Assembly: GCA_034440335.1 (NCBI GenBank)
Contig: JAWXBV010000194.1
Coordinates: 4,980 to 68,979 of the forward strand
DNA length: 64,000 bases
Direction of reading: 5' to 3'
From: Nitrospirota bacterium
GTDB lineage: Bacteria; Nitrospirota; Nitrospiria; Nitrospirales; Nitrospiraceae
Every line of letters begins with the position of its first letter. Position 1 is the stretch's first letter. The notes beneath the pieces are model-generated. The model did not search any database. It was not told the DNA's origin and worked only from the letters and a program-made list of their open reading frames with translations. Both the position numbers and the translations under genes were made by a program. Of this stretch, positions 63,648 to 64,000 are shown in pieces.

Positions 63648-64000
63648 TTACACCCTGCGGAAAGCTGCGCGTCGATCGTCTAAATATGACAAGCCGATAT
63701 TCTTCAAGATCACGTCTTGCAGGCGTTTCCTTTGCTCCGGTGACAACATGGGGAATTTGACGGCAAACGAGTCTTTGGCGATCCATGAAACGAGGACATC
63801 GGTGAGACGCATGGGGGCTTGCCCATCCTGAACGTCTAGGAGCAGGGTGAGCCGGCTGCCCAGCGAGCTCGTGGTCGCGCCCAGGATCATACAGCCAGTT
63901 TTAGAGAGGTTTTTCGAGACTCCCGCTCCTATGACAATTCGTGCGCCTTCTGCTCCAGAGTAGGTGATTCGATATCGAATTTGTACCCGCTTAGCATAGC
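63648..64000 (-). CDS. Single-domain PilZ protein, 5' end beyond the window
   Basis: Reading the frame upstream of the track ORF gives ...AKRVQIRYRITYSGAEGARIVIGAGVSKNLSKTGCMILGATT..., with RVQIR and NLSKTG motifs. No start codon lies within the window. Confidence 0.7.
   Translation of the reverse strand, partial: YAKRVQIRYRITYSGAEGARIVIGAGVSKNLSKTGCMILGATTSSLGSRLTLLLDVQDGQAPMRLTDVLVSWIAKDSFAVKFPMLSPEQRKRLQDVILKNIGLSYLDDRRAAFRRV

Overview
GC-rich bacterial chromosomal segment. Gene content and style suggest a Nitrospira/Nitrospirota-like organism, but that is inference only. Positions ~3.3-35.7 kb are almost entirely minus-strand housekeeping genes. They comprise ychF-pth-rplY(ctc)-prs-ispE, a pilR/pilS/pilC type IV pilus block, pgsA, a serine hydrolase, divIVA-yggT-proC-pgeF, and a complete dcw cluster (rsmH-ftsL-ftsI-murE-murF-mraY-murD-ftsW-murG-murC-murB-ddl-ftsQ-ftsA-ftsZ) with no mraZ. 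Positions ~35.7-64 kb look accessory. cstA has a diverged duplicate of its own 5' end, and the two copies bracket a Phd-like gene and a DUF4143 ATPase. Next come a small island of toxin-antitoxin remnants (DUF433 with a broken DUF5615, Doc with an AbrB-type antitoxin) and an inactivated IS3-family element. A plus-strand block of unrecognisable genes follows, including a PilZ protein, an ORF with exact PHD-type C4HC3 zinc-finger spacing coupled to a membrane protein, a duplicated CHCC zinc ribbon and a lipoprotein. After that are a RelE/ParE-type TA pair fused into an operon with DUF1499, an AdoMetDC-like/SCP2 pair, a TetR-MFP-RND efflux operon, a decayed DUF1566 gene, and a tandem array of single-domain PilZ genes running off the window end. 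At 1.7-2.8 kb a HEPN (Rx4H) gene is paired with a ParB/sulfiredoxin-fold gene. Intergenic DNA carries several palindromic repeat families: a MITE-like element abutting three TAG stop codons, ~120-nt long-hairpin elements, and hairpins whose arms are built from reiterated 7-8 nt words. I found no rRNA, tRNA or CRISPR array. All calls rest on reading motifs in the supplied translations and sequence; no database search was possible.
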